Virus record (IMG/VR): IMGVR_UViG_3300042400_001601
Source of the DNA: an uncultured virus (IMG/VR IMGVR_UViG_3300042400_001601)
Lineage: Duplodnaviria; Heunggongvirae; Uroviricota; Caudoviricetes
Direction: 5' to 3' (one strand)
Length of the DNA stretch: 63,170 nt
Shown: positions 6,914-14,613 of the stretch, piece by piece
Numbering within the stretch: the stretch's first letter is position 1
How the letters are laid out: each line of letters begins with the position of its first letter
The notes under the pieces: generated by a model
Database searches by the model: none
What the model was told of the DNA's origin: nothing
Seen by the model: only the letters and a program-made list of their open reading frames with translations
Position numbers and translations under genes: made by a program

Positions 6914-7441
6914 ATGAGTCTCAAAGAATTAACTAAAGCAAAGCATGAGACAGCTGAAAAGCTGCCTTTTATAAATAAAATTTTTCAGAAAAAAGTTACC
7001 CCAGAAGAGTACCTTAAATATCTTTATCAGATGCAGCCGGTTTACGAAGCTTTAGAAAATAAAGCTAAAGCTTTAGGTATTCTTAATGATCTTAAGGGTT
7101 TAGAGCGCGCATCTCGAATACAAGAAGATATTAACGAGCTACAAGAAACTACCTCTCTTAAGTACTATATGCATTTTCCTGTGACAGATGAATATTTAAA
7201 TTATTTAAAACAAATGTCAGACCCTAAAAAAGTCCTGGCTCATTTATATGTTAGACATATGGGAGATCTTTATGGTGGTCAAATGCTTAGACTGTGTGTA
7301 CCTGGTTCAGCCAAGTGGTACTGGTTTGATAACGCCCCAGAACTTATCTCTAAGTTGAGAGGCTTAATTACAGTAGATCTTGCAGATGAAGCTAATGTAG
7401 CCTTTGATTATTCAATTAAAATAATTGAACAATTGTCTTGA
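6914..7441 (+). CDS. Heme oxygenase (HemO/Ho1-like)
   Basis: LKELTKAKHETAE (proximal His), YEALE, AHLYVRHMGDLYGGQML, EANVAF. Confidence 0.93.
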   Translation: MSLKELTKAKHETAEKLPFINKIFQKKVTPEEYLKYLYQMQPVYEALENKAKALGILNDLKGLERASRIQEDINELQETTSLKYYMHFPVTDEYLNYLKQMSDPKKVLAHLYVRHMGDLYGGQMLRLCVPGSAKWYWFDNAPELISKLRGLITVDLADEANVAFDYSIKIIEQLS

Positions 7442-7480
7442 CTTTAAAGGGCCGGGTACCATAATAGTCTTTGTTCTTTT
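7438..7480 (+). promoter_or_regulatory. sigma70-like promoter plus boxA-like element (copy 3)
   Basis: TTGACT-N16-CATAAT preceded by GTAC, then TTGTTCTTTT upstream of tRNA-Val. Confidence 0.65.
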
Positions 7481-7487
7481 AAATAAC

Positions 7488-7564
7488 GCTCGCTTAGCTC
7501 AGTTGGTTAGAGCAGGATCTTTACATGGTCAAGGTCGTGGGTTCAAGTCCTACAGCGAGCACCA
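7488..7564 (+). tRNA. tRNA-Val (TAC)
   Basis: GCTCGCT/AGCGAGC, CCA; loop TTTACAT. Confidence 0.92.
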
Positions 7565-7572
7565 TTTTCGAA

Positions 7573-7648
7573 ACTCGACTAGGCGAGTATAAATAGAATT
7601 TAAGCCTAGTGCGGCTGCTGATACCGTCGACGCTACCAGCAGCATATC
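7573..7648 (+). ncRNA. Pistol self-cleaving ribozyme; predicted cleavage between A7644 and T7645
   Basis: P1 ACTCG/CGAGT, loop ACTAGG pseudoknotted to CCTAGT, linker ATAAATAG, TTAAG, catalytic GCG, P3 GCTGCTG/CAGCAGC, purine-U scissile step; P2 imperfect. Confidence 0.8.
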
Positions 7649-7812
7649 GTCTCGCGTCAGTGACAGTGCACAGTCATAAAGTGTTCCTAGTATAGCCGCT
7701 TTCATGGATATATTATACATGCTGATCATAGAAAGAGTGACAAAAACATATATGTATTTGCGAAGTATATGTACAAATCACCGCCTATAGCAATAGGGCT
7801 AGCGAGACACCC
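7645..7812 (+). ncRNA. Unidentified multi-branched structured RNA downstream of the ribozyme
   Basis: Closing stem GTCTCGC(7649-55)/GCGAGAC(7802-08); internal stems TGAC/GTCA, CTTTCATG/CATAGAAAG, GTGA/TCAC with ACATATAT/GTATATGT, CCTAT/ATAGG; no ORF in the supplied track. Confidence 0.5.
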
Positions 7813-7819
7813 CTTTTCT

Positions 7820-7895
7820 TGCAGAGTGGAGCAGTAGTAGCTCGACTGGCTCATAACCAGTAGGTCGACGTGTGCAATTCCGTCCTCTGCATCCA
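7820..7895 (+). tRNA. tRNA-Met (CAT), initiator-like
   Basis: TGCAGAG/CTCTGCA, CCA; fMet-type D arm TGGAGCAG..AGCTCG; loop CTCATAA; atypical T-arm. Confidence 0.78.
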
Positions 7896-7901
7896 ATTTA
7901 T

Positions 7902-7976
7902 GCCGCTATCTTCTAACGGTTAGGAAGGCGCCCTTTCACGGCGATAATCGGGGTTCGATTCCCCGTAGCGGTACCA
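7902..7976 (+). tRNA. tRNA-Glu (TTC)
   Basis: GCCGCTA/TAGCGGT, CCA; loop CTTTCAC. Confidence 0.92.
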
Positions 7977-7996
7977 ATTTCTAATAAACTTATTGA

Positions 7997-8812
7997 TCAA
8001 ACCGGGTTAACTGGAAGTTCTGGGTTATCATATGATAACGGTTTCCATTCAGGGTAAACAAATATGTCCCCATGCCATGCAAAAGTATTGCGCCGGTCAT
8101 TATAATATACGTTTGTAGCGTTACTTAATACTCCTACCCACCAACAATACGTACCTTCACTTAGTACTAAATTGTTAAAATTTTTTCCAAAATTAAGGGT
8201 TTCAACAGGAACGTCTGACGTATAAAGTTTAAGCTTATATTTTTCTAAAAGAAATTGTACGTCAGGGTGTTGCAGGCTATCTGAAGTAATGTACCCGCCG
8301 TGACAACCACTTTGATAAAGCCTCTCTATAGCATCTACGTAGTACTGCAAAGGTAAACGCTGCCTTCTTTTAGCTACGTCCCCTAGACGAAAAATAACAA
8401 ATATTTCATTATCGGGTCTTGGGATATAAGTTAAATTAAACATATCTTTTATTTGATTTTTATACGGTAAAACAAAATCTTTTAATTGAAAATAATCTTG
8501 AAAATGATATTGAGCGTCCGTTACATAGGCTCTATTCAACAATTCAACAAAATTTAAATCATGTATAGGGATATAAGGTAATTCAAATTTACGCGTAGTT
8601 TCTAGAGGGCTAGATTTTACAGATGACCATGCTTCGTTGAACCCGGTAGTTATTGGCTGCGGCTTATCCGGACTTAAAGGAAAGTGAGGCAACAAAGGAT
8701 CTACGTTAAAATATAAATTATGTTTTTTAGCAAATACGTAAGCAGCGGTATACATTAACAAACAATTGCCTAAACGATTTCCCCATCCATATTCTATCGT
8801 TACCATATCCAT
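7997..8812 (-). CDS. GT11-like (alpha-1,2-fucosyltransferase family) glycosyltransferase
   Basis: GNRLGNCLLMY, RLGD, YY..AI, ITSDS, SEGTYCWWVGVLS match GT11 motifs. Confidence 0.75.
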   Translation of the reverse strand: MDMVTIEYGWGNRLGNCLLMYTAAYVFAKKHNLYFNVDPLLPHFPLSPDKPQPITTGFNEAWSSVKSSPLETTRKFELPYIPIHDLNFVELLNRAYVTDAQYHFQDYFQLKDFVLPYKNQIKDMFNLTYIPRPDNEIFVIFRLGDVAKRRQRLPLQYYVDAIERLYQSGCHGGYITSDSLQHPDVQFLLEKYKLKLYTSDVPVETLNFGKNFNNLVLSEGTYCWWVGVLSNATNVYYNDRRNTFAWHGDIFVYPEWKPLSYDNPELPVNPV

Positions 8813-8862
8813 ATTGATACTGGTAAGTTGATAATTCCATAAAGTATTATAAATTTAATTGT

Positions 8863-9585
8863 ATGAAGAAACTAATCGCATTCATTACCTTGGCTGTATT
8901 TGCCAGTGTAGGTTTTGCTGCTCCTGCGCCTAGCGTAGTTAGCGGCGGAATCGACCTCGGCTTTAAATCCAAGCTCATTGAACAGGGTAAAGTAACCGGC
9001 ACCAATTATATTGTTGCTGGTGCAAACGTTGAAGTAGCAAGCTTTGGGCTTGGCGTTACAACTTATAACGCTTATGAGGGTTCAACCGCAACTGGTATCA
9101 GTTCCGGACTCTTTAAGCGTGTAGATGTAGCAGCAACCTATAAGTTTACTTCTACTCTTGCTGACTTGCACCTTGGTGCTACCTATAGAAATGCTAGTAA
9201 GAACGCTAGTCTTGCTAATGTGCGCGACAACGTACTTCCGTCTGTCAAGCTCAGTGGTAAAGTGTTCGGGACATTTCCTTGGGACGTAACACTGCTCAAT
9301 GACACTAAGAATCGTAGCAACAACTACGAAGGCAATATCAAGCTACCGCTTGGTACTAAGGCCTTTAAGGTTGTACCTGCTGTTGGAGTAGGTTTTAACG
9401 ATCCGGGCACTGCCACTATTGCAGCGCTTAGAAGCGTTAAGAAGTACTACAATGGTGGTCTCGGTGTAGCGTATGTTATTGCCGGTGGTACCTTTAGCGT
9501 GAATGGATATGTCCAGCGCGTTAATCTTACCGATAATTACGGACAGGTAACTGGCTACGACGCAGGCTATAGCTTTAGATTCTAA
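8863..9585 (+). CDS. Outer-membrane beta-barrel (putative porin)
   Basis: Signal peptide ending GFA; amphipathic beta strands; C-terminal beta-signal AGYSFRF. Confidence 0.72.
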   Translation: MKKLIAFITLAVFASVGFAAPAPSVVSGGIDLGFKSKLIEQGKVTGTNYIVAGANVEVASFGLGVTTYNAYEGSTATGISSGLFKRVDVAATYKFTSTLADLHLGATYRNASKNASLANVRDNVLPSVKLSGKVFGTFPWDVTLLNDTKNRSNNYEGNIKLPLGTKAFKVVPAVGVGFNDPGTATIAALRSVKKYYNGGLGVAYVIAGGTFSVNGYVQRVNLTDNYGQVTGYDAGYSFRF

Positions 9586-9608
9586 AAGCTATTTTAGTGT
9601 AGTAATTG

Positions 9609-9635
9609 ACCCCTCGCGAAAGTGAGGGGTTTTTT
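9609..9635 (+). terminator. Rho-independent terminator
   Basis: ACCCCTCGC-GAAA-GTGAGGGGT followed by a T run. Confidence 0.85.
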
Positions 9636-9834
9636 ATTCTTCGATATGAAACTGTAAAGCTCTATTAAGTTTTTGAGCAAACTTCTTTTTATCTATTCCC
9701 GCTTTTTCCTGTTTTCTGATCTCTTCTTTTAAAGCTTTTATAAAAGTTTCTGAAAGATTAAAATTTCTAGGATAGAACAGGCGTTGTTCTTTTTTTAACA
9801 TACCATATTGCTCCATTAACTCTTGAAATTTCAT
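9634..9834 (-). CDS. Hypothetical small protein
   Basis: ORF from ATG 9834 (MKFQELMEQY...); TAAGTA motif upstream. Confidence 0.55.
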   Translation of the reverse strand: MKFQELMEQYGMLKKEQRLFYPRNFNLSETFIKALKEEIRKQEKAGIDKKKFAQKLNRALQFHIEE

Positions 9835-9860
9835 AAACGTATTATACAATACTTATCGTT

Positions 9861-10817
9861 ATGGTAGGCAATTACAACGAACATACTCACGCATTAAATT
9901 ATAGGGACGTGTATCTAGTTCCTAATTTCAGTGAATTAAAGTCTCGAACTGAAGCTGATACATCTGTAAAGATAAGAGACTTTAAATTTACTCTACCCGT
10001 CATGCCTTCTAATATGAAGGCAGTGGTGGATTTTGAAACATATCACTTGTATGCCGATCTAGGTCTGGCGCCGATCATGCATCGTTTTGATATGCCTAAC
10101 GTTGAAGTTCTTCGTCGTATTATTACGCCTTGGAGAGCTATTAGCGTGGGAGTTAAAGAAAGAGATAAGAAAGAACTAGAAGAATGTAAACATATTACAG
10201 AAGCTCCTGCTTGTATCTGTATTGATATTGCCCACGGACATTGCAAAGAAATGCTTAATATGATTACGTTTGTACGAGACCTGTTCCCGGATGTTATAAT
10301 TATAGCGGGTAATGTCACGACCCCTTTAGCTTGTAATGATCTTGCAGTCTGGGGTGCAGATATGGTTAAGGTTGGTATCGGGCCCGGTCAAGTATGCTCA
10401 ACTAAGAATAAGACCGGGTTTCATGTACCAATGTTTACAGCAGTTAAGGAATGCGCTGCTATGTCCCCGGTACCCGTTATTGCCGATGGTGGATTTAGAG
10501 AGAACGGAGATATTGCAAAAGCATTAGTTGCCGGCGCAACTTTCTGTATGATCGGTGGAATGTTTGCGGGCTGCTCGGATTCTCCTGCTACAATTGTGAA
10601 CGGTAAAAAAGAGTATTACGGCAGTGCTTCTGAAAGAAACAAGGGATCCGTTAGGAACATCGAGGGATTCACTACGCATCTAACACCTACAGACACTATT
10701 ACTAGTAAAGTTCGAGAAATCCGAGAAGACTTGCAATCCGCTATCAGTTATGCTGGTGGTAAAGATCTTTCTGCACTTGATCTTTCGAAAGTACAGTATA
10801 GAATAGTAAACAATTAA
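9861..10817 (+). CDS. guaC: GMP reductase
   Basis: IDIAHGH, IAGNV, KVGIGPGQVCST (catalytic Cys), IADGG, YYGSAS, LQSAISYAGG; no CBS domains. Confidence 0.92.
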   Translation: MVGNYNEHTHALNYRDVYLVPNFSELKSRTEADTSVKIRDFKFTLPVMPSNMKAVVDFETYHLYADLGLAPIMHRFDMPNVEVLRRIITPWRAISVGVKERDKKELEECKHITEAPACICIDIAHGHCKEMLNMITFVRDLFPDVIIIAGNVTTPLACNDLAVWGADMVKVGIGPGQVCSTKNKTGFHVPMFTAVKECAAMSPVPVIADGGFRENGDIAKALVAGATFCMIGGMFAGCSDSPATIVNGKKEYYGSASERNKGSVRNIEGFTTHLTPTDTITSKVREIREDLQSAISYAGGKDLSALDLSKVQYRIVNN

Positions 10818-10818
10818 T

Positions 10819-11307
10819 ATGTCAAAAGAAGAATACGTTCAACTCGAAGCGGTCCGTGAGGCCCTCGAAAAAGTAGTCAAAGATGAGAACGCTATCGAAA
10901 AAGTTCTCGATCTTTTGAGTGATGCTGCAGTACAGGTAGATGAAGCTAAACAAGCTGAAGAGCCTGAGGCTTCTGATACTAATGAAACCGAAGAATCCGA
11001 CGAGCCTAAGATTAAGAAGCAATACGGTATTCTTGTTTCTGACAAGGATGGCGTTATTAATAAAGACCTAGTAGGGTGGGTTTTCCAGATGCCTGAAAAC
11101 GAAGATACTAGAGATGTAGTAGAGCTTATTAAGAAAGCTGCATATAACTATAATGCTTCGAAGAAAGGCCGTAAATACCCAGTAAGCACTATCGGTCAGT
11201 CAATCGAGGGAGTGGGTAATAAGTTTTTTAAGCCTTACAATGTAAGCCTTAAGACTAAGGAACCGGTGCTTGTAATTACTACGGATAACGTTTTGCCGCG
11301 TAGTTAA
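10819..11307 (+). CDS. Hypothetical protein
   Basis: 162-aa ORF starting 1 nt after guaC, coding-like composition. Confidence 0.7.
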   Translation: MSKEEYVQLEAVREALEKVVKDENAIEKVLDLLSDAAVQVDEAKQAEEPEASDTNETEESDEPKIKKQYGILVSDKDGVINKDLVGWVFQMPENEDTRDVVELIKKAAYNYNASKKGRKYPVSTIGQSIEGVGNKFFKPYNVSLKTKEPVLVITTDNVLPRS

Positions 11308-11328
11308 AACTCTGTTAGAGTTTAAAAT

Positions 11329-11356
11329 AGAAAACTGAGCTCAAGCTCAGTTTTCT
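11329..11356. terminator. Bidirectional terminator hairpin between convergent genes
   Basis: AGAAAACTGAGC-TCAA-GCTCAGTTTTCT, perfect 12-bp stem. Confidence 0.7.
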
Positions 11357-13029
11357 TTTCGTAATTCTGCTTTATAATGAGCAAATCTATGGTGATTTAT
11401 AGGAGATGCTAAAAGTACCGCGCTTTTAATTTTACCTTTTTTAGCCTCTTGATACATATGAGACATCCAAGTTTGCTCAAAAGGATGATCCCACTTAGTA
11501 TCGAGAAACATTTTGGTATTACCCTGTCTTGTTACTAGTTGAGGCCAGTTACAATAGTATATCTCTCCGTCGGCATAGCTGAGCCCTTCAAGCGTATGTA
11601 TATTGTTAAATTTAGTCAAAGGCGCATTAGGATCTAAACCAGACTCTGGTAATTTTGGTTTTTCGGGCCAAAATTGCTCTCTAATTTTTTGCGGAACATT
11701 ATACCATGTCCATTGAGTTTTGTTGTCGCCGAAAAACTCGGTAAAGCTAAGTTTTAAAAAGTCATATTTTTGCTTTGCGACAATTTTGTGTATTTTATCG
11801 TAAAGATTAGGACAATACCTTGTAAAGCCGGATGCGCACAATTCTTTATTTTCCTCCTTTAAGAGCATATCATCTTCTAGAAATATATAAAAATCATGAT
11901 TAGACTGATCAAAATGTTCTGCTATAAATTGACGGCCACCGCAAATACCTAAATTGTCCTTTTTAATATGTGTAAAATTATACTTTTTACAGAGTTCAGC
12001 ATACTTAGGAGTAGTCTCAAGGTCAGTACTATTATCCAATAAATAGTTGACTGTGTCAGTTATAAACCTAGGCTGCTTTAAATATGATTGTACTAATGTA
12101 TCAAACTGATCAGGAGAATTAAAAGTAATCACATATAAAGCAGTAGTAGTATTGGTAAGATCTAAAGGAATGTTTGTAGCTTTAGGGGTTTCAAGAAATA
12201 CTTTATCATTTTTTAATTGCTCTGCAAAATACCCTATTAACCCATTGTCTTCAATCATAAACCTACGATATAATTCAGGTTCAAGATGAGACATAATAGT
12301 AAAAATACTCTCTTCAGTACCCATGTAACCTTCTTGAAGAGAATTAGCTAACAAATGATAATACATATTGTTAGCTTTTTTTATAGCATCAATATGACCA
12401 CCAAATAAACCGCCTCTACACACATAAGAAACATAATCCACTTGAGCATATTTGTTCATTCCGTTTCTATCAAAGCCATGTATTTCGGTGTTACCTACAT
12501 ACGGAAATGAAAGAAAGAAAAAATCTTTTAAAAATGGAGTAATTTTGTTTAAAATTTTATCATGTGTAAAATAACCCGGATGCACTGTGTTTGTAATACC
12601 TCCATCAAGCCAAATAAAATATTCTGAATTGAAAGGATTAAAACAAGTCTGATCATGCAGCATAAACATCTTAGACATAACCATAGGGTTATAATATTCT
12701 AAGGTAGCCTGTGTACTATTACGCAGCCATTCGGCCTGAGACAGCCACTTTTCGCTTTTTCTTATATTTTGTATCTTATCGTAAAAATCAAACTTAGTTT
12801 TAAACTCTTCTACTTCTTTTATATAGACACGGGTATTTTCTGGTTTGCGATTTTGCCAAACAATATTTTCATACTGTTTTTCGATATAAATTGACATATT
12901 AACATCGATCTGTAATAACTTTATAAAATTGTCAATATAATGCTGAAAGGGTCTTTTAAATCCTTCCCCAGCATCATGCCTCTTAAGATCCCAAATACCT
13001 GTTACAACTGTTAAATTATTCTTGGTCAT
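11347..13029 (-). CDS. WlaTC/HtrL-family glycosyltransferase fused to a GT-A (GT2-like) domain
   Basis: LTVVTGIWDLKR, SKMFML, NPFNSEYFIWLDGG, GGLFGG, MGTEE; second domain LLDNS...YIFLEDDM. Confidence 0.75.
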   Translation of the reverse strand: MTKNNLTVVTGIWDLKRHDAGEGFKRPFQHYIDNFIKLLQIDVNMSIYIEKQYENIVWQNRKPENTRVYIKEVEEFKTKFDFYDKIQNIRKSEKWLSQAEWLRNSTQATLEYYNPMVMSKMFMLHDQTCFNPFNSEYFIWLDGGITNTVHPGYFTHDKILNKITPFLKDFFFLSFPYVGNTEIHGFDRNGMNKYAQVDYVSYVCRGGLFGGHIDAIKKANNMYYHLLANSLQEGYMGTEESIFTIMSHLEPELYRRFMIEDNGLIGYFAEQLKNDKVFLETPKATNIPLDLTNTTTALYVITFNSPDQFDTLVQSYLKQPRFITDTVNYLLDNSTDLETTPKYAELCKKYNFTHIKKDNLGICGGRQFIAEHFDQSNHDFYIFLEDDMLLKEENKELCASGFTRYCPNLYDKIHKIVAKQKYDFLKLSFTEFFGDNKTQWTWYNVPQKIREQFWPEKPKLPESGLDPNAPLTKFNNIHTLEGLSYADGEIYYCNWPQLVTRQGNTKMFLDTKWDHPFEQTWMSHMYQEAKKGKIKSAVLLASPINHHRFAHYKAELRKEN

Positions 13030-13909
13030 GTATATGTTTTAAAATTTTGTAAAAACTATTAGCATCTTCAGTTAAATAACTAGTTATCTCCCCTGGAGAA
13101 TAAAACCACCACATATCGAATTTATGTAAATCGTACTTTTCAGGAAATACTGAATATAAACAATTAAATAAGTGCTCTTCAAAACAATGTATTTTATTGT
13201 CTATAGTTCCTTTTAGTAATTTTTCGTATAGAAAAAAGTTTTCTAAAACATCTTCCTTATAACCGCCAAATAATCCCGCTACAAGATGGTCTACAATATG
13301 AGATTTTTTATTAAATATTTTTTCAGTCAAACTTGCAAGTGCAGAATTGTCTCCTTGTGCGAGTAAAGAGCAGTAAAACAATTTACCCTTTTGTACCATT
13401 TTAGGCAAATTACGGCCTAGTTTAGGATTAAAAATATTGTTGCTATTAAGTGGGTAATAACGTTCTTTTGGATGGGTTCTTAAAAGTTCTACCCCGCCTA
13501 CCTTTTCAGGTATTATACCATGATGAGTAAGCCCTGCGTCTATCCACATATATATGTCGTCGTTAGTTAAATTTTTTTCTATAGCGTCTTTTAACCAATA
13601 CATTTTATTGAAACATAAAATTTCATTACGATCGTTAGGTATAGTTTTATAAAATGTTTTTTTCCAATTTATGTACTGTTCAAAATGTATGAATTGTTCT
13701 AATTCGTACTCGAACACAAATAAATTTTTAAAATACGGGGTTAAGAGCGTTCTATAATTTTCAACATTTTCTTTTTTACAATATAAAATTAAACTATGCC
13801 CTAAATTACCTATATTAATAAGAGAGGGTAAGAAAAACTCTATATCGCGACCGCGGCCGCCTATTACAGTTTCACAGTTATTACTATAAATTGCAGTTAC
13901 AAAAATCAT
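13016..13909 (-). CDS. WlaTC/HtrL-family glycosyltransferase
   Basis: IFVTAIY, NKMYWLKDAI, YMWIDAG, AGLFGG, FEE; paralog of the adjacent N-terminal domain. Confidence 0.72.
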   Translation of the reverse strand: MIFVTAIYSNNCETVIGGRGRDIEFFLPSLINIGNLGHSLILYCKKENVENYRTLLTPYFKNLFVFEYELEQFIHFEQYINWKKTFYKTIPNDRNEILCFNKMYWLKDAIEKNLTNDDIYMWIDAGLTHHGIIPEKVGGVELLRTHPKERYYPLNSNNIFNPKLGRNLPKMVQKGKLFYCSLLAQGDNSALASLTEKIFNKKSHIVDHLVAGLFGGYKEDVLENFFLYEKLLKGTIDNKIHCFEEHLFNCLYSVFPEKYDLHKFDMWWFYSPGEITSYLTEDANSFYKILKHIHDQE

Positions 13910-14613
13910 TTTCTTAAGTTTTTACAATGTTCAAAATCCAATAAAGAAGTTGGCAGTTTATGCGGAGAATATAAATTCCAATTATATGTTATTACATAAT
14001 GATTATTATCATTTGTAAAGTTTATATCTGAGTATATAGGTCTTTGTGTTATGAGCGGGGTAATAGGAGAATATGCTTTACCAAGAGGATAAATAAATTC
14101 ATCTAAAAATACGTCGATAGGTACTTGGGCGTGATTGGGGTCAGGATCTTCGTAATAGTCTATAATCTTTTTCGCTACAAAACGGTTATAAATTAACCCC
14201 ACTGTACCGTATATACCTCTGTGTATATCTAAGTTTTTTAAAGGTAATTCACTTAAATTTATTAATTTATCTTCTACTTTACTTACAGGTCTATGAAAAG
14301 CAGGTCCTAGATTAATAATATTACAAGACATGTCATTTAATTGTTTATTTAAAGCCGGTAAAAATTCTTTAACATACGGCATAAAAAATAAATCATCCTC
14401 AAAAGTTACAATATATTCATCACTACTTTCCAATAGTTTTCTAGCTATTTCTTTATGAGATAATAAACAACCAGTATAACTATTTGTATCTATTGCTTCA
14501 AACACTCTATACTTCCAATTCATATAGGACATTTCTGCAACAGCACACTTTAGACGTTCAGGGCGTCTTTTTAAATTTATGACATAAGTAGGATAACTTT
14601 CTATATTTTTCAT
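13906..14613 (-). CDS. Glycosyltransferase family 25
   Basis: YVINLKRRPER, FEAID, GCLLSH, TFEDD, PID. Confidence 0.85.
   Translation of the reverse strand: MKNIESYPTYVINLKRRPERLKCAVAEMSYMNWKYRVFEAIDTNSYTGCLLSHKEIARKLLESSDEYIVTFEDDLFFMPYVKEFLPALNKQLNDMSCNIINLGPAFHRPVSKVEDKLINLSELPLKNLDIHRGIYGTVGLIYNRFVAKKIIDYYEDPDPNHAQVPIDVFLDEFIYPLGKAYSPITPLITQRPIYSDINFTNDNNHYVITYNWNLYSPHKLPTSLLDFEHCKNLRK

Noticed and set aside
7588..7595. Exact T4 late promoter TATAAATA
   Set aside because: Better explained as the conserved pistol P1/linker sequence; a dual role cannot be excluded
7715..7735. CTGATCA...GAAA as a hammerhead core
   Set aside because: Lacks CUGANGA and the required three-stem arrangement
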